The notes beneath the pieces are model-generated. The model did not search any database and was not told the DNA's origin. It saw only the letters and a program-made list of their open reading frames with translations. Both the position numbers and the translations under genes were made by a program. DNA of 64,000 nt, from positions 128,001 to 192,000 of the forward strand of contig CAWISW010000002.1 of the NCBI GenBank assembly GCA_963838925.1. The letters are read 5' to 3'. The first letter of the stretch is position 1. Every line of letters starts with the position of its first letter. This stretch comes from an uncultured Nitrososphaerota archaeon (GTDB taxonomy: Archaea; Thermoproteota; Nitrososphaeria; Nitrososphaerales; Gagatemarchaeaceae). Shown here in pieces: positions 59,233 to 64,000 of this stretch.

Positions 59233-60405
59233 TCATCGGCTCAAGCTATTGTCACTGAAGAATTCCTTCAGTCGCCGCGTTCCTTCCACTATGGTCTCCG
59301 GGGGGCTGCCGAAGGATATCCTGAGGTGTCCCTCGCCTGAAAGCCCGAAGATCACTCCCGGTAGGACGGCCACGTTGTGCTCGTTGAGCAGGCGGCGCGC
59401 CAGCTCTCTTGAGCCTGTCCGCGACCTGAAGCTGGGGAACCCGTAGAACGCGCCTTCCACCCTCGCACATTCGAGCGCCGGTATCTCCGAAAGCGATTGC
59501 TCCAGCAGGGCCCTTCTCTTCATGAGCTGGTTTCTGAACCTCATCGTGTAGCTCTCGCAGTTCCTGAGAGCGTACGCAGAGGCCGCCTGTATGAATGGCG
59601 GGAAGCAGGTCATGGTGGTCTCGAGGAACCTGTTGACCATGAGTATCGTCCTCGCGTCCGCGGCCACGTAGCCCGCACGCCAGCCGGTCATTGCGAAGCT
59701 CTTCGAGAGGCTGAAGAGGGAGACGACGGCCTCGGGTTTCCTCTCCATCGACCCGATAGACACATGCTTCTTCTCGTAGACCAGGTCTTCGTAGGCTTCG
59801 TCGCTTATGATCTTGACGCCCCGCTCGAGACAGAGGTCTAGTAGGCCGCGGAGCTCCCTTCGGCCGAACACCTTCCCTGCGGGGTTGGAGGGGGTGTTCA
59901 CGACTATCACCCTCGTCTTGGGTGTGATCCTTGACTTTATCTCGTCGAGGTCGAGGGAAAAGTCGTCTGCGAGCCTGTATCTCACCGGCCTGCCGCCGGA
60001 GAGCAGGACGGGTTCCGAGTAGTAGTAGCCGGGGTCGGGAAGAAGCGCCTCGTATCCTGGCTTCGATACGGTGAGCAGCGACGCGTAGATGGAGAGCTTG
60101 GTCGTCATGAAGATGACGTTCTCCTCCGCGGCCTTGATTCGGTTCTTCGAATTTACCTTCCAGACTATAGCGTCCCTCAGGTCCTCGGTTCCCCGCGAGG
60201 AGGTGTAGTGCCCCCCGCCCTTCCTCATGCTCTCATAGGCTGCCTTCACAATCGGCAGCGGCGTGTCGAACGAGGGCTCGCCGATGGCGAGGGAGAAGAC
60301 CTTCTCGCCCTTCGCCCGCTTCTTCGCAGCGAGGTTGAAGATCTCGAACGCGGGAGAGTCGTGGATCTTCTCGAGAAGCATCTCGAGAGCGGGGAGTTGC
60401 CTCAT
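59233..60405 (-). CDS. PLP-dependent class I/II aminotransferase
   Basis: NTPSNPAG, SDEAY, SLSKSFAMTGWRAG. Confidence 0.93.
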   Translation of the reverse strand: MRQLPALEMLLEKIHDSPAFEIFNLAAKKRAKGEKVFSLAIGEPSFDTPLPIVKAAYESMRKGGGHYTSSRGTEDLRDAIVWKVNSKNRIKAAEENVIFMTTKLSIYASLLTVSKPGYEALLPDPGYYYSEPVLLSGGRPVRYRLADDFSLDLDEIKSRITPKTRVIVVNTPSNPAGKVFGRRELRGLLDLCLERGVKIISDEAYEDLVYEKKHVSIGSMERKPEAVVSLFSLSKSFAMTGWRAGYVAADARTILMVNRFLETTMTCFPPFIQAASAYALRNCESYTMRFRNQLMKRRALLEQSLSEIPALECARVEGAFYGFPSFRSRTGSRELARRLLNEHNVAVLPGVIFGLSGEGHLRISFGSPPETIVEGTRRLKEFFSDNSLSR

Positions 60406-60543
60406 AATTTAAGCGTGCAAGAGGTCTCTCAGCTCCCTCGGGGAACCGAAGATTAGGCCGGCGGCCATCTCAAGAATTAGCAACCGAGGGTCAATTTCTT
60501 CCCGAACGGCTTAAATCAACTGGAGCAGAGAATCGCAGCCACA

Positions 60544-60951
60544 TTGGCAAAGGGAAAGGGAACCAAGGAGAGCCCCTGGGCTCTGAAGACCCCGCCCGGG
60601 ACCTCCGACTTCGAGGCGTACCGAGACGAGTCTTCCGCCCCGCCCGCTCTTGTCGTGCAGGTCGGCAAGACGCAACTGCGATACGACCTGCGGTGCATCA
60701 ACGACCTCCATGCCATGTTGAAGTCAAACGGCGGATGGATGCTTCTTGGAAGCGCGGACGAGCAGAAGCCCGCTGCCGAGGGCACCGTCGAAGCATGAGG
60801 GCGATCGCCAAAGAACCCAGTCGGAGGGTGGTATGGCCTCAAGAAGGGTCTTAGAGGCCGTTTCGCGATGTACGTCCCGCCCGTCCTCGAAGAGCTGAGG
60901 CTTGCGGAGGTCGAACACCTGCCAAAGAACAACCGGATGAAAGGGCTGTAG
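60544..60951 (+). pseudogene. Conserved hypothetical gene (DUF6855-like) with an internal TGA at 60796
   Basis: Frame continues past the TGA: GTVEA*GRSPKNPVGGWYGLKKGLRGRF...NNRMKGL. Confidence 0.7.
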
Positions 60952-61065
60952 GCCCGCCGTTATTCTTACAAATGCACTTGAAGCAGGCTGCATAATGGAC
61001 ATTTGGAAGCTTCCAATCCGGTAAACTTATATCTAATATCCACCTTCTGGTGATGCGTCAGCCAG

Positions 61066-61401
61066 TTGAAAAAGGTCGAAGCCCAGGTAAGAAAAGAGGT
61101 GTTCCCCGAGGTTGATTCCGCTCTTAAGGAAATTGGGGTCCCCGGCCTCACCGTGGTGGACGAGCCGAACGCGGGAAGGGGCTTGTGGTCATACACGGTC
61201 GACAACGCGAAGCACGTGCTCCTAACCGTGGTCGTGGAGGATGACGGAGCCAAGAAGGTCGTCGAATCGATTCGGGCCCACGCGTCCAGGCGCTCGTGGG
61301 GAGACGGAAGGATCGCGGTCACAAGCATCGAGGGAGCGTTTGACATAGGGTCGGGGCGACTGGACCAGAACGAGCTCGCCGCGCCTCTGCTGAGCAGCTG
61401 A
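61066..61401 (+). CDS. P-II family signal protein
   Basis: MKKVEA, GVPGLTV, GDGRIAV; shortened T-loop. Confidence 0.8.
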   Translation: MKKVEAQVRKEVFPEVDSALKEIGVPGLTVVDEPNAGRGLWSYTVDNAKHVLLTVVVEDDGAKKVVESIRAHASRRSWGDGRIAVTSIEGAFDIGSGRLDQNELAAPLLSS

Positions 61402-61426
61402 CAACCTTCCAGAATCAGACGTAGTT

Positions 61427-61669
61427 CTACTGCGGCTTTTGCGTGCCGCTAGGCTTGTACTTGGCCACCAGGGCCACGAATCCCGCGACGATCAGCATGC
61501 TCGAGCACAGGTACAGCACTGGGACGAGCGGAGGCTGAATGACCGCCGCGCCAGTCGCCTGGTAGGTCAGGACTGTCATCCCGACTCCCAAAACGAAAAC
61601 CACGATTCCAACCAGTCTCACTATGACGTTGACCCTGGAGTCGTCGGGGTTGTACGCGGGGTTGCTCAT
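61427..61669 (-). CDS. Small two-TM membrane protein
   Basis: Two hydrophobic helices. Confidence 0.55.
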   Translation of the reverse strand: MSNPAYNPDDSRVNVIVRLVGIVVFVLGVGMTVLTYQATGAAVIQPPLVPVLYLCSSMLIVAGFVALVAKYKPSGTQKPQ

Positions 61670-61750
61670 CTTCGCCTTCTTCCGACCATTGACGGGCGGT
61701 AAATAAGCTATGCACTCCGACGCCTACGGGGCCGGAGCTCCGCTCCTCGC

Positions 61751-62848
61751 CTAGGTGCTCTTGAGCAGCTGGAGCTTGTCGGGAAGGTAGGTGTCCACTA
61801 TGTAGCTGAGGCCGTACCTCGAGAAGGCCTCCTGCTCGCTCTTCCTCTTGTTCTTCAAGAACGTGTCGAGCTCGTCGTGCCAGAGCTTCTCCTTGTATCG
61901 AGGGTCTGCCTTTAGCTCGTATACGCGCTTGATGTCTATCTCGGTGAGCGGGTCCGAGGGCAGCTTGTACTTTTGGATGTCCGATGCCCACACCCCGAGC
62001 CAAACCCCCGACGGCGTCGTCAGGTCCCTGAGGTGGGCGGCGTTGGCCGATCCGCTCTTGATCACCATCGCAATGTGCGCCCCCCACGGGTCAGCGTCGC
62101 ATAGAATCCCGATGGGTAGCTTGAGCTCCGAGTGGAGCCTCCTCAGCAGGTACCGGGTGGCCCTCGGCGGCTGACCCGCCGTGTTGATGAGTATCGCCTT
62201 GTACTTCGCGTGGACCTTCTCCTCGATGAACCTCGTGAAGAGGCCGCCCTTCTCGATCGCGAGTACTATCTCGGCATCTGTGTCCGCGAACTCCGCGGTG
62301 GTCATGGCAGGCCCAATCATCATCCCGTCAGGGTGGGCAGAGAGGTCGAGCTTCTTCCCCTCGTAGCCAGGCACAGTGTATTCTATCGTGAGGTTCCCGA
62401 AGATCGCGCTCCTCTCCTCCGGATAGACGTTGAACTCCTCCCTCGCCCCGCCTAGAAGGACCTCGAGGTCGGTGATCAGCTCGTCCGACTCGGCCTGGTC
62501 CTGAAACTCAACGTCGAAGGCCTGTGCGGAGTAGTAGACGTCCCTGAGCGTGGAGGTCTTCTTCTCATCTACCAGCTTCTTTGTGAAGTAAGCGAGCCAG
62601 AGCAGCTGGGTGAACGGCCTGATGTGCTTGATGTTGCCGGCGGACCTCTTGACGGTCGAGGAGCCTAGGATGAACTGCTGGAGCTTCTTGTCGTAGACGA
62701 TGTTGCTGACCGACCTGCTGGCGAACGTCACCGAGGGGAACCTCGAGCTGTCCAGGTCGTTGTAGACCTTGTGGCCCAGCTCGTTGAGGACCTTCTCCAC
62801 CCGGTCCTTCCTTGCTTCAGCTGTAGTCTTCGATTTTTGCTTGCTCAT
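61751..62848 (-). CDS. top6A: DNA topoisomerase VI subunit A
   Basis: TLRDVYY (catalytic Tyr), AIEK, DADPWG, KSEQEA. Confidence 0.96.
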   Translation of the reverse strand: MSKQKSKTTAEARKDRVEKVLNELGHKVYNDLDSSRFPSVTFASRSVSNIVYDKKLQQFILGSSTVKRSAGNIKHIRPFTQLLWLAYFTKKLVDEKKTSTLRDVYYSAQAFDVEFQDQAESDELITDLEVLLGGAREEFNVYPEERSAIFGNLTIEYTVPGYEGKKLDLSAHPDGMMIGPAMTTAEFADTDAEIVLAIEKGGLFTRFIEEKVHAKYKAILINTAGQPPRATRYLLRRLHSELKLPIGILCDADPWGAHIAMVIKSGSANAAHLRDLTTPSGVWLGVWASDIQKYKLPSDPLTEIDIKRVYELKADPRYKEKLWHDELDTFLKNKRKSEQEAFSRYGLSYIVDTYLPDKLQLLKST

Positions 62849-64000
62849 GTTGACTCTTGACTCCGCCATTGCCTCCGACGTCGACGGTCAGTTCCTGCAC
62901 GGCCTTCTCCTCGCCGTCGACGACCTCCTGCTCGTCGGCAATCAGCTGCTTGTACTTTGGCGGGCGCTTCTCCCCGGCGAGCTCCTGCGAGAACCTGGCG
63001 ATCAGGGGGAGGTACTTGCCGTAGATGTTCATCTTCCGCTGTACCGCCTCCATGCTCCCCTTCTTCGACAGGTAGAGGCTCAGCCTCCTCAGGGCCTCGC
63101 GTACGGCGTTCCTGATCTCGGCCTCGATTTCGGGCCTGTCGGCGATGTACTCCTTCCCGACCGTCTTGTACGGGACCTTGGTCGAGCAGATGTGGGTTAT
63201 GACCGCGACCGGCGCCTCCTCCGGCACGTGGTACCTCCTCCAGTCTATCTCCTCGTTGAGGACCTTGAACGAAACGTCGCTGCTCTCGTCGTAGAGGAGA
63301 GGTATGCGGTTGGCGAACCTGAAGAGCTTCCTCCCGGGCTCCAGCACCTTGCCGCCGTAGACCAGCCCCACCTCCACGAGGAACGGGAAGCCTGAGTAGG
63401 ACGAGGGCGGCCTCACCACCACCGTCGAGAACTCGGGCTCGAGCTCTTTGAGGATCCCAGTGCTGAGGATCACCTCCCCGACAGGAGAGAGGCACGAGGA
63501 GTCGGGCGGCAGGAACTCCGTGAACCGCTGGAGCGCGTCGACTATGGTCACCACCTGCTCGTTGGAGAGCTTCTCGGGCGCGAGCTCGGGCTTCACTCCC
63601 GCGAACTCAAGGAACTTGACGGCCGTCCTGTCGCCTATCCTGTGGAAGTGCGTGGTCATGAAGCGCTTCAGCGTCTTCTCCTCGTTGAGCTTGACCATGC
63701 GCTTGAACGCCTCCACGTCGACCCCGTACGGGTGCGGGAGCGTCTCCTTGGGAGGTGGCGGGAGCGCCTCCGTAGCCCTCTCGTACGTCGAGATCCTCCC
63801 TATCGGGTCGACGAACGTGAGGTTTGCGTAGGAGCCGACCAGGGCTGTCTGCTTGAAGTAATCGTTGATCTTCTGCGCCGAGCGCGTGAAGTCGCCCTCC
63901 AGCATGACGTCGACGCGGGTCCCCGTCTTCCCGTTCGCCTCTTCGGTGTCCCTCCTGAGGATGATGGGCTTGTTCTCGCCGATGTCGATGAGCATCTCGA
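62817..64000 (-). CDS. top6B: DNA topoisomerase VI subunit B, 5'-truncated by the window edge
   Basis: PHPYGVD, RFANRIPLLY, STKVPYKTVGKE. Confidence 0.96.
   Translation of the reverse strand, partial: EMLIDIGENKPIILRRDTEEANGKTGTRVDVMLEGDFTRSAQKINDYFKQTALVGSYANLTFVDPIGRISTYERATEALPPPPKETLPHPYGVDVEAFKRMVKLNEEKTLKRFMTTHFHRIGDRTAVKFLEFAGVKPELAPEKLSNEQVVTIVDALQRFTEFLPPDSSCLSPVGEVILSTGILKELEPEFSTVVVRPPSSYSGFPFLVEVGLVYGGKVLEPGRKLFRFANRIPLLYDESSDVSFKVLNEEIDWRRYHVPEEAPVAVITHICSTKVPYKTVGKEYIADRPEIEAEIRNAVREALRRLSLYLSKKGSMEAVQRKMNIYGKYLPLIARFSQELAGEKRPPKYKQLIADEQEVVDGEEKAVQELTVDVGGNGGVKSQHEQAKIEDYS

Noticed and set aside
60796-60798. Selenocysteine or TGA recoding
   Set aside because: The position appears to be Trp rather than Cys, and TGA is used as a normal stop throughout the window

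Overview
High-GC archaeal DNA. Topo VI A/B, aIF-1/SUI1, bulge-helix-bulge (BHB) intron tRNAs and the nuo gene order suggest a TACK lineage, probably a non-ammonia-oxidising Nitrososphaerota (inference). Contents in order: (1) the 3' half of a complex I operon with an intein in nuoI, two nuoM copies and a lengthened NuoL helix; (2) tRNA-Glu followed by ftsZ, a tandem-AbrB gene and tRNA-derived repeats; (3) a bacterial-type coproporphyrin-dependent heme cluster lacking hemY but carrying a stand-alone HemA dimerisation-domain gene; (4) ABC exporters, metY-metX-metW and wHTH/DUF835 regulators; (5) a five-gene operon (38566-46346) encoding a surface protein, an 892-aa tubulin/FtsZ-like GTPase with a large coiled-coil insertion, a polytopic membrane/coiled-coil protein, a Zn-ribbon pseudo-tubulin and a PH-like protein, which is the best candidate for an undescribed system; (6) two double-intron tRNAs sharing a near-identical intron, assorted enzymes, two disrupted genes and top6A/top6B. 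All family assignments come from reading motifs by eye. No database searches were run.
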